DNA of 64,000 nt from Planctomycetota bacterium (GTDB lineage: Bacteria; Planctomycetota; UBA1135; UBA2386): NCBI GenBank assembly GCA_965223545.1, contig OZ245006.1:1344001-1408000 (forward strand), given 5' to 3'. Below the pieces are notes generated by a model. The model was not told the origin of the DNA and made no database searches. It saw nothing but the letters and a program-made list of their open reading frames with translations. The translations under genes were made by a program, and so were the position numbers. Shown piece by piece: positions 1 to 10,715 of this stretch. The stretch's first letter is position 1; each line of letters opens with the position of its first letter.

Positions 1-177
1 CGCTGGATCCTCAAGCCGGCGATCCCGCTCGCCTTCGGGCTGTTGTTGCTGCAGTCCCTCTCCGAGGCCGTCAAGAGCGCCGCCGTCCTGGTCGGCCGCG
101 CACCCGCCAGCATCCTCGACGAGCCGCCGCCGCCCGGCTCCCCAGCGTCGCTCCACTCCCAGGACGACCGGCGATGA
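1..177 (+). CDS. dctQ: TRAP transporter small permease, 3' fragment
   Basis: Frame 1 reads RWILKPAIPLAFGLLLLQSLSEAVK, a DctQ-like C-terminus; its stop overlaps the dctM start (ATGA). Confidence 0.75.
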   Translation, partial: RWILKPAIPLAFGLLLLQSLSEAVKSAAVLVGRAPASILDEPPPPGSPASLHSQDDRR

Positions 178-1502
178 CTCCGGCGCTCGGCCCACTGATG
201 TTCGGCGCTGCGTTCGCGCTGATCTTCCTCGGCTATCCCGTGGCCTTCGCGCTGGGCGGCGTCGCGGTGGTGTTCGCCTGGATCGGGGTCGGTGGCGGCT
301 TCTTCGGATTCGACTACCTGACCCTGTTCCCCGAGCGCGTCTTCGGCGTGGTCAGCAACCAAGTCCTGCTGGCAGTGCCTTTCTTCATCTTCATGGGGAC
401 CGTGCTCGAACGCTCGCGCCTGGCCGAGGACCTGCTGCGCACGATCGGCTTGCTGTTCGGTGCACGGCGCGGCGGGCTGGCGCTCGCCGTCGTCTTCGTC
501 GGCGCCCTGCTGGCGGCCGCCACCGGCATCGTCGGCGCGTCCGTGGTCGCGATGGGCATGATCTCGCTGCCGATCATGCAGCGCTACGGCTACGCACCCT
601 CGCTGTCGACCGGCGTGATCTGCGCGGCCGGCACGCTCGGCCAGATCGTTCCGCCGAGCATCGTCCTCGTGGTGCTCGCCGACCAGCTCGGCGAGAGCGT
701 CGGTGACCTGTTCTTGGGCGCGCTCGCGCCGGGGCTGCTGCTGGCGGGGCTGTACGCGGTCTACGTCATCGTCCTGGCCAGGTTGCGGCCAGCGGCCGCT
801 CCCGCGTTGCCGGCTGCCGAGCGCGCTGCGATCCCCGACCTCGGCCGGCAAGTGCTGCGCGTCATGGTGCCGCCGCTGCTGTTGATCGTCATCGTCCTGG
901 GCAGCATCTTCGCCGGCGTGGCGACGCCGACCGAAGCCGGCGCCCTGGGCGCCGTCGGCGCCATGCTGCTCGCCCTGTGCAGCGGTCGGCTCGACCGGGC
1001 GGCACTCCGCTCGACGATGCACACGACCACGCTGTTGACCAGCATGATCATGTTCCTGCTGGTCGGCTCGACCGCGTTCACCCTCGTGTTCCGCGGACTG
1101 GGAGGCGACCACTGGATCGAAGCGCTGCTGACCGACCTGCCCGCCGGTGAGCTCGGCTTCCTGGTCGTCGCCAACCTGGTGATCTTCGCACTCGGCTTCT
1201 TCATCGACTTCTTCGAGATCGCCTTCATCATCCTCCCCCTCCTGGTGCCCGTCGCACGCCTGCTCGGCTTCGAGGGCGACAAGATGATCTGGTTCGGCGT
1301 GCTGGTGGCGATGAACCTGCAGACCAGCTTCTTGACGCCACCATTCGGCTTCTCGCTGTTCTACCTGCGTGGCGTGGCGCCGAAGGAGATCCCGACCTCG
1401 ACCATCTACCGGGGTGCGGTGCCGTTCATCGCGATCCAGCTGATCGGCCTGGCGCTCGTGGTGCAGTTTCCACAGCTGGTGACCTGGGCGCTCGGCGACT
1501 GA
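174..1502 (+). CDS. dctM: TRAP transporter large permease
   Basis: Highly hydrophobic 442 aa; LLAVPFFIFMG, GTLGQIVPPS, ATPTEAG, LTPPFG motifs. Confidence 0.95.
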   Translation: MTPALGPLMFGAAFALIFLGYPVAFALGGVAVVFAWIGVGGGFFGFDYLTLFPERVFGVVSNQVLLAVPFFIFMGTVLERSRLAEDLLRTIGLLFGARRGGLALAVVFVGALLAAATGIVGASVVAMGMISLPIMQRYGYAPSLSTGVICAAGTLGQIVPPSIVLVVLADQLGESVGDLFLGALAPGLLLAGLYAVYVIVLARLRPAAAPALPAAERAAIPDLGRQVLRVMVPPLLLIVIVLGSIFAGVATPTEAGALGAVGAMLLALCSGRLDRAALRSTMHTTTLLTSMIMFLLVGSTAFTLVFRGLGGDHWIEALLTDLPAGELGFLVVANLVIFALGFFIDFFEIAFIILPLLVPVARLLGFEGDKMIWFGVLVAMNLQTSFLTPPFGFSLFYLRGVAPKEIPTSTIYRGAVPFIAIQLIGLALVVQFPQLVTWALGD

Positions 1503-1529
1503 CGCGACGGCCCAGGGCGCTCGAGCACG

Positions 1530-2693
1530 TCACTCGCCGAACGCGAACTGCGCATACGACAGCTCGCAGGTGCCGAACCAGTGGAACGCGTCGCGACGAA
1601 AGGCGCGCCAGTGCTCCAGGATCCGCGCGTAGACCGGATCGGCCGCCGCCTCGTCGGCCAGCAGCTGCTCGCTGGCTTCACGCGCGGCGCGCAGGATGTC
1701 ATCCGAGAACCTGCGCAGCACGACGCCGCGCTCCGGCGCCAACAACCGACGCAGCGCCGGTGGGTTCTTGGTGTCGTAGCGGATCTGCATCGCGGTCGCC
1801 GCCTCGCGAGAAGCCGCGCGAAAGATCTCGCGATACTCGACCGGCAGCGCATCCCAGGCGGTGCGGTTGACCATGAAGCTGAGGTTGGGGCCCGGTTCCC
1901 AAAAGCCGGGGTAGTAGTAGTTCTTCGCGACCTGCCAGAAGCCGAGCTTCTCGTCGTCGTACGGCCCGACCCACTCGGTGGCATCGATCGCGCCGCGCTC
2001 GAGCGCGGGGTAGATGTCACCGCCGGCGATCGCCTGCACGGAGACCCCCAGCTTGTCCATCACCTTGCCGCCGAGCCCCGGGATGCGCATGCGCAGACCC
2101 CGCAGGTCCGCCGCCCGCTCCACGGGCTGCCGAAACCAGCCGCCCATCTGCGCCCCGGTGCTGCCCGACGGAAACGCGACGATGCCGAACTCCGCGTAGA
2201 CGTCGGCCAAAAGCTCGGCGCCGCCGGCCTGGTGCAGCCACGCATCCTGCTGCCGCGGAGTGAGGCCGAAAGGCACGCAGGTATCGAACGCGAGTGCCTT
2301 GGCCTTTCCCGTGTAGTAGTAGCCCCCGGACTGCCCCACTTCAGCGGCACCCTTCTCGACCGCGTCCATGACCTGCAACGGCGGCACCAGCTCGCCGGCC
2401 TGGAAGACCTCGATCGCGAACCGACCGCCGGTCATCGCCGCGACCCGCTCCGCCAGCACCTCGGCCGCCCCGAAGATCGTGTCCAAGCTCTGCGGAAAGC
2501 TCGACGCCAACCGCCACCGCACATTGCGGCCGGAGACTTGGCCGGCCGGTGCACCACCCCCGTCGCGGTCCGCTCCGCGAAACACCCCGGCCGCACTGGC
2601 GGCGACGATGCCGGCCGCCGTGCCGGTCAGACCACCGCTGAGGAACGCCCGCCGGCCGACGCCAGGGGGTCCGCCATCTGCTGCAGTCGCCAT
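1530..2693 (-). CDS. dctP: TRAP substrate-binding protein (DctP/TakP-like), Tat signal
   Basis: RRAFL twin-arginine signal; WRLASSFP, GAQMGGWF, GAIDATEWVGPYDD; start trimmed to ATG 2693. Confidence 0.9.
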   Translation of the reverse strand: MATAADGGPPGVGRRAFLSGGLTGTAAGIVAASAAGVFRGADRDGGGAPAGQVSGRNVRWRLASSFPQSLDTIFGAAEVLAERVAAMTGGRFAIEVFQAGELVPPLQVMDAVEKGAAEVGQSGGYYYTGKAKALAFDTCVPFGLTPRQQDAWLHQAGGAELLADVYAEFGIVAFPSGSTGAQMGGWFRQPVERAADLRGLRMRIPGLGGKVMDKLGVSVQAIAGGDIYPALERGAIDATEWVGPYDDEKLGFWQVAKNYYYPGFWEPGPNLSFMVNRTAWDALPVEYREIFRAASREAATAMQIRYDTKNPPALRRLLAPERGVVLRRFSDDILRAAREASEQLLADEAAADPVYARILEHWRAFRRDAFHWFGTCELSYAQFAFGE

Positions 2694-2790
2694 CGACGAA
2701 CAGCGTAGCGCCGGGCCGGGCTCGCCGGACAAAGTCGCCGCCGAGACAGGCAACGTAGTAAGCTCGCGGCCAGCAACCGCTGTTGCGGGT

Positions 2791-5700
2791 CTACGCCGGC
2801 ATCCGCTTCGCCGCGACGGTCCGCCCACCGCGCCGCGCCAACTGCTCGCGCAACGCGCGGCTGCGCCGCAGCGGCGATCCGGCATAGCGCGCGACGATGC
2901 CGTAGCAGGACGGCACCACGATCAACGTGCTGACCGTCGCCGTCGTCACCCCGGTCAGCACGACCCAGCCGATCGCCACGCGCGCCTCGGCGCCGGCCCC
3001 CGTTGCCAAGACGAGCGGCAGCGCACCGAGCGCCGTCGACATACCCGTCATCAGGATGGGGCGCAGGCGCAGCTCGGACGCCTCGGCCACCGCCTCGCGG
3101 AAGCCGCGGCCACGATCGCGGAGCTGGCCGGCGAACTCGACGATCAAGATGCCGTTCTTCGCCGCCAGACCGATCAGCATCACCATCGCGATCTGGCTGT
3201 ACAGGTTGAGGGTCTGTCCGCCGATCCAAAGGCCCAACAGACCGCCGAACAGCGCCAGCGGGACGGTGATCAGGATCACGAGTGGTGAGAGGAAGCTCTC
3301 GAACTGCGCCGCGAGCACCAGATACACGAGCAACAACGACAGGCCGAACGCGAACCACAGCGCGCTCGACGCCTCGGCAAACTCTTTGCTCTGCCCCTTG
3401 TACGACACGCCGGGCGCCCCCTGCAGCTCGTCGTCCACCACTCCGCGCAGGAAGCTCAAAGCCTCGCCGAGGCTGTAGCCCTCGGCGAGGTTGGCGCCGA
3501 TGGTGATCGCGCGCAGCCGGTCGTAGCGGTTGAGCTTGGCGGCATCGGCGAACTCCGCGACGCGCACCAGGTTGGCGAGCGGCACGAGCTCGCCCGTCGT
3601 CTCCGAACGCACGTAGATTTGCTCGAGGTCGCTGGGCGCGCGCTTGTCGCGGTCCTCGGCCTCCAGCATCACGTCGTACTCTTCGCCGCGGTCGAGATAG
3701 GTCGTGACCCGGCGAAACCCCATCATCGTCTCGAGCGTGCGGCCGACTTCGACCGCCGACACGCCGAGGTCGGCGGCGCGGTCTCGATCCACGGTCACGC
3801 GCAGCTGCGGCTTGGTCTCGTTGAAGTCGGCGTTGACCGCCACCAGGCCGGGGTTCTCGTTGGCGCGCTGCAAGATCACATCGCGCCAACGGGCCAGCTC
3901 GTCGAAGGTCGGGCCGGTGATGACGAATTGCACGGCCTGCCCGCTGCGCCGCCCGAGCAACCCCGAACGCACCGTGCTGAACGCGCGATAGCCCGGGATC
4001 GCGTTGAGCTCGGCATCGACGGCGTTGGCGACTTCGAGCGTCGAGCGGTCGCGCTGGTCCCACAGCTGGAGAAGTACGGTGCCCCAGCCGGAGTTCACCG
4101 CGCCCCCGCTGCCGAACGACCCCGGCACGCGGGTGAGCACACGCTGCGCCTCGCCGCTGTCGATCAGCGGCAACAGCACTCCCTCGACGCGCTGCAGCAT
4201 GTCGACCGACTGGCGGAACGTCGCCCCCTCGGGGCCGGTGATCATCACGGTGAAGCTGCCGCGATCCTCGGTCGGGGCGTACTCCTCGGGCAAAGAGCGG
4301 AACAGCCCGACGGTCGCCAGCGCCAAACCCGCCACCAGCAGCAGGCCGGCGACCGGTTGGCCGACCAAGCCGTCCACCAACCAGCGATAGCCGCGCTGCA
4401 AGGGCCGGAAGCCCGCTTCGACGGCGCGCGCCAGCCACGGAGTCCGCCGGCCGAGGAGCGCCACGCACATCGCGGGTGAGAGCGTCAGGGCGACGAGCGT
4501 CGACAGAACCACGGCGCCCGCCAACGCCAGCGCGAACTCCGAGAACAACCGACCGGTGTTGCCCTGCAGAAACGCGAGCGGCACGAAGACCGCCACCAAC
4601 ACCAACGTCGTGGCCACCACCGCGAACGCGACCTGGCGGCTGCCGAGGAACGCAGCGCGCAACGCGGGCTCGCCCCGCCGCATGCGGCGGGCGATGTTCT
4701 CCAGCACGACGATCGCGTCGTCGACCACCAGCCCGATGGCCAGCACCATCGCCAGCAGGGTCAGCAGGTTGATCGAGTACCCCAGCAGATCGAGCACGAA
4801 GAAGGTGCCGATCAGCGACACCGGCACGGTGACAGCCGGCACCAGGGTGGCGCGCAGACTGCCGAGGAACAGAAAGATCACCAGGACCACGGCACCGGCG
4901 GCGAACGCCAGCGTGGTCCACACCTCGTCGATCGCGGCCTGGATGTAGACCGAGCTGTCGGAGCTCGGGTACAGCTGCATGTCGGGAGGCAGCGTCTTGT
5001 TGACCCGCGCGACCCGCTCCTTGACCGCCCGCACGACCTCGATGGTGTTCGCCTTGGACTGCCGGACGATGCCGATGCCGACCATGTCCTCGCCGTTGCG
5101 GCGGAACGCGGTGCGGTCGTCCGACGGCCCGCGCTCCACCCGTGCGACGTCGCGCAACCGCACGAGGTAGCCGTCGGCGCCGCGACCGACGACGAGCTCT
5201 TGGAAGTCCTCCGCCGACCGGTACGCCCGATCGATGCGCACGGTGAACTCGCGTTCGCTCGACTCGACGCGGCCCGCGGGGAGCTCGACGTTCTCGGTGC
5301 GCAGCGCACTCTCGACATCGCCGGCCGTGATCCCGGTCGCCGCCAAGCGCTGCCGGTCGAGCCAGATGCGCATCGCATAGCGACTGCCCCCACCCACGCG
5401 AATCTGCGCAACGCCGGGCACGACCGACAGCTGATCGACCACGTAGCGCTCGGCGAAGTCGGTCAACTCCATCACGCCCCGCACGGGGCTCGCGAGGTTG
5501 AGCCAGTAGACCGCGTCGCTGCCGGAATCGACCTTGGTGATCTCGGGCGGGTCGACTTCTTCGGGGAGCTGCTGCAGCACCCGCGACACGCGATCCCGCA
5601 CGTCGTTGGCGGCCGCCTCGACGTCCCGATCGGGGACGAAGTCGATGGTCACCCGGGAGCTGCCGTCGCTGGTCGACGAGCTGATCGTCGCAATGCCCTC

Positions 5701-5922
5701 GACACCGCTGACCGCGTCCTCGATCACCTGCGTGACCCGCGTCTCGACGGTCGCCGCAGCCGCCCCCGGATAGCGCGTGTCGATGCTGACCGTCGGCGGC
5801 TCGATGTCCGGGAACTCGCGGATCCCCAGCCGGCTGTAGCCGACCACGCCCAGCACGATGATGACCATGCTCAGCACCGTGGCGAAGACGGGCCGGCGCA
5901 CCGAAAGGTCGGAGAGCAGCAC
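2791..5922 (-). CDS. RND efflux permease (AcrB/AcrD/AcrF family)
   Basis: SVRRPVFA N-terminus, GLVVDDAIVVLENI, GLAAKNGILIVEFA, RLRPILMT; start taken as GTG 5922. Confidence 0.95.
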   Translation of the reverse strand: MLLSDLSVRRPVFATVLSMVIIVLGVVGYSRLGIREFPDIEPPTVSIDTRYPGAAAATVETRVTQVIEDAVSGVEGIATISSSTSDGSSRVTIDFVPDRDVEAAANDVRDRVSRVLQQLPEEVDPPEITKVDSGSDAVYWLNLASPVRGVMELTDFAERYVVDQLSVVPGVAQIRVGGGSRYAMRIWLDRQRLAATGITAGDVESALRTENVELPAGRVESSEREFTVRIDRAYRSAEDFQELVVGRGADGYLVRLRDVARVERGPSDDRTAFRRNGEDMVGIGIVRQSKANTIEVVRAVKERVARVNKTLPPDMQLYPSSDSSVYIQAAIDEVWTTLAFAAGAVVLVIFLFLGSLRATLVPAVTVPVSLIGTFFVLDLLGYSINLLTLLAMVLAIGLVVDDAIVVLENIARRMRRGEPALRAAFLGSRQVAFAVVATTLVLVAVFVPLAFLQGNTGRLFSEFALALAGAVVLSTLVALTLSPAMCVALLGRRTPWLARAVEAGFRPLQRGYRWLVDGLVGQPVAGLLLVAGLALATVGLFRSLPEEYAPTEDRGSFTVMITGPEGATFRQSVDMLQRVEGVLLPLIDSGEAQRVLTRVPGSFGSGGAVNSGWGTVLLQLWDQRDRSTLEVANAVDAELNAIPGYRAFSTVRSGLLGRRSGQAVQFVITGPTFDELARWRDVILQRANENPGLVAVNADFNETKPQLRVTVDRDRAADLGVSAVEVGRTLETMMGFRRVTTYLDRGEEYDVMLEAEDRDKRAPSDLEQIYVRSETTGELVPLANLVRVAEFADAAKLNRYDRLRAITIGANLAEGYSLGEALSFLRGVVDDELQGAPGVSYKGQSKEFAEASSALWFAFGLSLLLVYLVLAAQFESFLSPLVILITVPLALFGGLLGLWIGGQTLNLYSQIAMVMLIGLAAKNGILIVEFAGQLRDRGRGFREAVAEASELRLRPILMTGMSTALGALPLVLATGAGAEARVAIGWVVLTGVTTATVSTLIVVPSCYGIVARYAGSPLRRSRALREQLARRGGRTVAAKRMPA

Positions 5923-5926
5923 GACG

Positions 5927-7003
5927 CTACCGCGTCTCCACGACGTCCACGCCGACGCCGGGGCGAACGCGCAACAGTCCCTCGACAACGACTCGATCTC
6001 CCTCCGCCAACCCGGAGCGGATCTCGACCCAGCCCACTCGCCGGCGACCGATCTCGACCTCGGTGCGCTGGACCACTCCATCGCCGTCGACGGCGAGCAC
6101 GTGGTAGCGATCGCCCGTGGGCACCAGCGCCGCTTCCGGCACTTGCAGCACCGGGGACTCGCCGCGTTCAACGGTGACCTTGAGCAACATCCCCGGCCGC
6201 AGCAGCCGATCGGGATTGGGCAGCTCCGCCCGCACGGTCGCCGACCGCGTGCGCCGGTCGAGCCTGGTGTCCAGCATCGTCACGCGCCCCGCAAAGGTCT
6301 TGTCCGGCCAGGCGTCACTGCGCGCATTGATCGTCATCCCAGCGCGCACCGCACTCAGCCAGACCTCGGGGATCGTGAAGTCGAGCTTGACGCGCGTCAG
6401 GTCGTCGAGCGTGGTGATCAACGTCGTCGGATCGACGTAGGCCCCTTCGCTGACCCGCCGCAATCCCAGGGTGCCGGCAAAGGGCGCCCGCACCTCCCGA
6501 TCCTCGATCGCCGCCTCCAACGCCACCACACGCGACTCCGCCGCGGACAGGTTGGCGACCGCCTCGTCCAGGTCGCGCTGGCTCGCCATCTCCTTGCCGA
6601 ACAGCTCCACCACCTGTCCGTGCCGCACCTTGCTCTGGTCGCGCAAGGCCACCGCCTCGGCCAGCCGCGCGCTCTCCTCCTCCGCGTTCATGCGGACCAG
6701 CAACTGGCCCGACTCGACCTCCTGGCCGTCGACGAAGTGGAGCGCCGCGATGTGGTCGGCCCGGTTCGCCGTGATCGTCACCGACTCATAGGCCTGCACG
6801 GTACCGAGCGCTTCGAGCGAGTCGACCAGCGGAGCGCGCACCACGCGGGCGACCACGACGGGGACCGCGGGCCGGCCGCGGGCTTCCGCGCGATCTTCGC
6901 TCGCCGACTCTGCCTGCGCCGCACCGAGCAACTCGGGAAAACCGAGCAAAGCGGCGGCGGCCACGGCACCGAGGGCCAGCAGATACACGAGAGCGGTGCG
7001 CAT
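5927..7003 (-). CDS. RND efflux periplasmic adaptor (MFP)
   Basis: N-terminal anchor, VRAPFAG, LRPGM motifs; directly upstream of the RND permease. Confidence 0.93.
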   Translation of the reverse strand: MRTALVYLLALGAVAAAALLGFPELLGAAQAESASEDRAEARGRPAVPVVVARVVRAPLVDSLEALGTVQAYESVTITANRADHIAALHFVDGQEVESGQLLVRMNAEEESARLAEAVALRDQSKVRHGQVVELFGKEMASQRDLDEAVANLSAAESRVVALEAAIEDREVRAPFAGTLGLRRVSEGAYVDPTTLITTLDDLTRVKLDFTIPEVWLSAVRAGMTINARSDAWPDKTFAGRVTMLDTRLDRRTRSATVRAELPNPDRLLRPGMLLKVTVERGESPVLQVPEAALVPTGDRYHVLAVDGDGVVQRTEVEIGRRRVGWVEIRSGLAEGDRVVVEGLLRVRPGVGVDVVETR

Positions 7004-7111
7004 TTCGGGGAGCGCAATGGTAGCCCAGCCCTTATCGATGGCCAGGGCCGCGCGGCAAAGCGGACGCAGCGCGGGTGTTGCCGGTCGCCACCCATGATGC
7101 CGGCGCCACCG

Positions 7112-7540
7112 TCAGTTCGATCGTTGCCGCAGGTCGTCGAACTCCCATGAGAGCCCGGCGAAAGTACCCGGCAACGGGGGCGGCGGGTCGATCAGACTGC
7201 GACAGTCGATGCGGACCCGGTCGATCGCCAGCCACTCGACCCGCAGAAACTCATAGCCGTGGGCGACGACCGTTTGTCGCGTGTCGCCCTCGACCAGCGT
7301 CAAGGTCTGCCAGCGAAACGGCGGCGTGTGGTGCTCGGCCACTTCAACCGCTCGGTGCCCATCCGGAGCGGGGAACGCTCGCGCTCGCGACGGATCGATT
7401 CCCTGCTCGTCCTCAGCAGTCGCGCCGTCCGGATACTCGCGCAGGACGTACCAGCATCCACCGCCGAAGATCAGGAGTAACACCGCCGCCAGTAAAGCGA
7501 TCACCGCCTGCTCGACGGGAGTGCGTTGGGTGGATTCCAT
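7112..7540 (-). CDS. Hypothetical protein with N-terminal TM helix
   Basis: ATG start, single hydrophobic segment, 5 nt downstream of the next gene on the same strand. Confidence 0.65.
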   Translation of the reverse strand: MESTQRTPVEQAVIALLAAVLLLIFGGGCWYVLREYPDGATAEDEQGIDPSRARAFPAPDGHRAVEVAEHHTPPFRWQTLTLVEGDTRQTVVAHGYEFLRVEWLAIDRVRIDCRSLIDPPPPLPGTFAGLSWEFDDLRQRSN

Positions 7541-7545
7541 GGGCT

Positions 7546-7896
7546 TCAGAACCGCTCCTCACCGGTCGCGCGCACGGGATCGGGGAAATCGCGATACAGC
7601 GCGAACAACGGATCGCGAACCAGGTGGTTGACGGCGTGGTGGAGCCCTTCGATCGGTTCGCGGCGGGCCGCGACCTGATCGAACGCCCGCTGCAACTGCT
7701 CCAAGTCCTCGAACTCCATCACGACGTGGAACTCGCGCAGCGCCGGAGGGCGGAGCCCGAGCTTGCAGCGGGTGATCCGATAATCCTGCAGGAGCCCCTG
7801 GTCCCGCAGTGGGTCCAGATAGTCGCGCACCGCGGTGCAGAACGAGAGGTCACTGGCGCCGGCCGCCAGGTTGCACCAAATGTGGTAGTAGTCCAT
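7546..7896 (-). CDS. Small conserved protein (DUF6614-like)
   Basis: MDYYHIWCNL...EFHVVMEF..L.QL..AF...FALYRDFP pattern recalled for this family; not verified by search. Confidence 0.65.
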   Translation of the reverse strand: MDYYHIWCNLAAGASDLSFCTAVRDYLDPLRDQGLLQDYRITRCKLGLRPPALREFHVVMEFEDLEQLQRAFDQVAARREPIEGLHHAVNHLVRDPLFALYRDFPDPVRATGEERF

Positions 7897-8053
7897 GGAC
7901 GCCGCGGGGCGGCGAGCCGCCTCGCGAGTCGCGAGGATGCCACAAGGTGGGATCCGGCGCCAAGCCCCCTTTCCATGGCGCTTTGATCCCGAAGCCGCGG
8001 AGCAGCGATGAGTTGACCCTTAAGTAGGGGGCCGCGACGGACGATGCCGCCAG

Positions 8054-10708
8054 ATGCGCACACCGCTGGGCATGGCTCTCTGTGTCCTCGCCGCTTGCTC
8101 GAGCGGTTCGGATGGCGTGCCGCCGCCCGGTGAAGACCCGGGCACCACCAGCACCGGCGGGACCGGGGGTACCGGCGGAACTGGGGGTACCGGGGGCACT
8201 GGCAGCACGGGGGGCTCTGGCGGAGGGTCCAGCGGCTCGGGCGGGGGATCCACACCGGCGCCGCCGCCTCCGCCTCCGCCGCCGCCTCCGCCAGCGACCG
8301 CCGAGGTCGCGGGCATCTTCCTCCCCGTGGCGATGTCGGGGACCGTTCCGCTGCGCTTCCGACTCCGCGACGACGGCAGCGTCGCGGCCGACGTGCAGGT
8401 CGAGTTCTCTCGCGACGGCGGAGCGACGTGGCTCGACGCCCACGTGGTCGGCCCATTGACCAACCTGGCGACCTCCCCGACCGGCGTCGACCACTCGTTG
8501 CAGTGGGACACCATGGCCGACGCCGGCTTTCGCGGTGAAGTCGGCATCCTCTTGCGGGTGACGCCCTTCCAGGGAGGGGTGAGCGGCACCGCGCGCAGTG
8601 TCGTCACTCCGGTCGCCGACAACTGGGCGGCCGCCCTCGCCGCCGCCGATTCGCAGATGACGCACTACGGTCCGCTGGACCCCGCGACGATCGCGCTGGC
8701 GGAGACGTTCGATGTCGTCGTCGTGCATCCCGAGTCCGGCGACGTCAGCGTCGCCCAGGTGCGCGAGATCCAGGACGGTGTCGATCCGGCCGACGCCAGC
8801 GACGACGTGTTCGTGCTCGGCTACATCTCGATCGGCGAGGACCTGCGCACGGTGGGGATGACCGACGCCGAGATGCTCGCCGACCCGCGCTTCGTCGGCG
8901 ACGGCACCGGGCCGCGCATCGACCCGCGTGGCCCCAATGCCGGCGGCCAGCCACTGACCGGCTTGGACCCTCTCGGCCTGCCCTCCAACGGCGGCACCGG
9001 GTTCGCGGCTTGGTATCTGGACGACAACTCGGTCGACAACAGTCCGACCAACGTCGGCGATGGGCTGCCGGACAGAAACGCCATCTTTGGCGGCTGCTTC
9101 GTCAATGCAGGCGACCCACAGTGGTTCGAAGCACTCGACCAGATGACCTACGACGGCATCGACCGCGTGCCGGGACTCCGCGAGCTGATGACGGTCGGAT
9201 TCGGCCGGGGCTACGCGCTGGACGGCGTCTTCCTCGACACGTTGGACACCTGTGCTCCCAACTCCTACACCAACGGCAGCAGCCCCAACCAGTCCGAGTT
9301 CGAATGGACAGCCGCGGGCTTTGGCGATTTCGTCGAACGCCTGCGCAATCGCTACCCGCGCAAGCTGATTCTGCAGAACCGCGCGCTCTTCTTCTTCGAC
9401 CCTCGCCACCCGCACTTCGAGGTGCACCCCGGCGACTGGGTCAACTTCGTGTACTTCGAGAGCTTCCGGCTCAACTCGAACGCGAGCGAGGAGTACAATC
9501 CGTACTTCTACGGCGACAACCGGTTCAACGTGTCGCCCAAGCTGATCGCCGAGTCACAGCGGCCGAACGGTTTTCGCGTGCTCTCCCTCGGCTACGCGGA
9601 AGGGCCGCCCGGCACGATGGCGTTGGAGACCCTGATCGGCCAGTCGACCGTCGGCCTCGCGTCGCTGACCGAAGACGTCGTGCAGACCGAGGACACGCTC
9701 GGGTATCTCCACTACATCACCGACGCGGGCCTGATCTTCGCCAACGACTTCGTGCGCCAAACCCGCGCGACCATCGACACCACGCCACCGGCCTGGACCA
9801 GCATCTACAACGCCAACAACCCGCCATTTCCGACGCCGCCATTGGCGCCGACGCCGCGCGTCGGCATCCAGCAGGTCGTGCCCGGTCCCGACTGCGCAGT
9901 GGTGCGCTGGGACGTCGCGATCGACAGCAACCCACTGGGCTACGCGCTCTACCATCAGGACACGCCGTTCGACTTCGTCAACGATCCCAACCTCAGCGGC
10001 GCAACGCGCACGGTGCTGACGCCGGGCGACGTCGCTGGCTATGCCAATCACTGGTCGGCGCCCCTGCCGTTCGAGGCCACTGTCACCGGCCTGACCGCCG
10101 GCACCCTGTATCACTTCTGCATCCGGGCCTTCGACATCCACGGCAACGAGGAGCAGAACCAGGTCGCCCTGAGCGCGACGCCGATCGGCATGGTGCCGAT
10201 CACCATCGATGGCGACTTCTCCGACTGGGCCATCGTACCGATCGCGCACACCGACCCGGCGGACGTGCCGGATTCGGCGGGACCCGACTGGCTCCAGCTC
10301 AAGATCACCAACGACCAAGACAATCTCTACCTGCGCTACACCTCGGAGAACGCCTTCAACCTCGACGGATCCCCCACCTACGGCTGGTCGCGCACTCTCC
10401 TGTTCTTCGATGTCGATGACGACCCGACAACGGGCTACCCCGTCACCGGCGCTGTAGGCAGCGAACTCCTGCTCAGCGGAGACGGCCTCTTCGCGCAGAC
10501 CGCCACTCAGTTCAACGCGGGCTTCCTGCGCACCATCGACATCAACCCGACCACCAGCGTCACCGAGTGCGAGCTCGCCATCCCCCTCCTCTGGATCCGC
10601 GCCGCCCACCCCACCGCCAGCCGAATCCGCATCGAGTTCGTCAACGACGACGTCAGCGACTACGCCCCCGACAACGCCCCGCTCTACTACACCCTGGCAA
10701 CTCGCTGA
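8054..10708 (+). CDS. Lipoprotein with GH114/PelA-like glycoside hydrolase domain, FN3 domain and C-terminal beta-sandwich
   Basis: Lipobox LAAC; G/T- and P-rich linker; LGYISIGED, DGVFLDTLD, ILQNR, FESF motifs; FN3-like VTGLTAGTLYHFCIRAFD. Confidence 0.75.
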   Translation: MRTPLGMALCVLAACSSGSDGVPPPGEDPGTTSTGGTGGTGGTGGTGGTGSTGGSGGGSSGSGGGSTPAPPPPPPPPPPPATAEVAGIFLPVAMSGTVPLRFRLRDDGSVAADVQVEFSRDGGATWLDAHVVGPLTNLATSPTGVDHSLQWDTMADAGFRGEVGILLRVTPFQGGVSGTARSVVTPVADNWAAALAAADSQMTHYGPLDPATIALAETFDVVVVHPESGDVSVAQVREIQDGVDPADASDDVFVLGYISIGEDLRTVGMTDAEMLADPRFVGDGTGPRIDPRGPNAGGQPLTGLDPLGLPSNGGTGFAAWYLDDNSVDNSPTNVGDGLPDRNAIFGGCFVNAGDPQWFEALDQMTYDGIDRVPGLRELMTVGFGRGYALDGVFLDTLDTCAPNSYTNGSSPNQSEFEWTAAGFGDFVERLRNRYPRKLILQNRALFFFDPRHPHFEVHPGDWVNFVYFESFRLNSNASEEYNPYFYGDNRFNVSPKLIAESQRPNGFRVLSLGYAEGPPGTMALETLIGQSTVGLASLTEDVVQTEDTLGYLHYITDAGLIFANDFVRQTRATIDTTPPAWTSIYNANNPPFPTPPLAPTPRVGIQQVVPGPDCAVVRWDVAIDSNPLGYALYHQDTPFDFVNDPNLSGATRTVLTPGDVAGYANHWSAPLPFEATVTGLTAGTLYHFCIRAFDIHGNEEQNQVALSATPIGMVPITIDGDFSDWAIVPIAHTDPADVPDSAGPDWLQLKITNDQDNLYLRYTSENAFNLDGSPTYGWSRTLLFFDVDDDPTTGYPVTGAVGSELLLSGDGLFAQTATQFNAGFLRTIDINPTTSVTECELAIPLLWIRAAHPTASRIRIEFVNDDVSDYAPDNAPLYYTLATR

Positions 10709-10715
10709 CCCCCGC

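Noticed and set aside
8150..8295. Short tandem repeats
   Set aside because: They encode the GGT-repeat and poly-Pro linker of the lipoprotein
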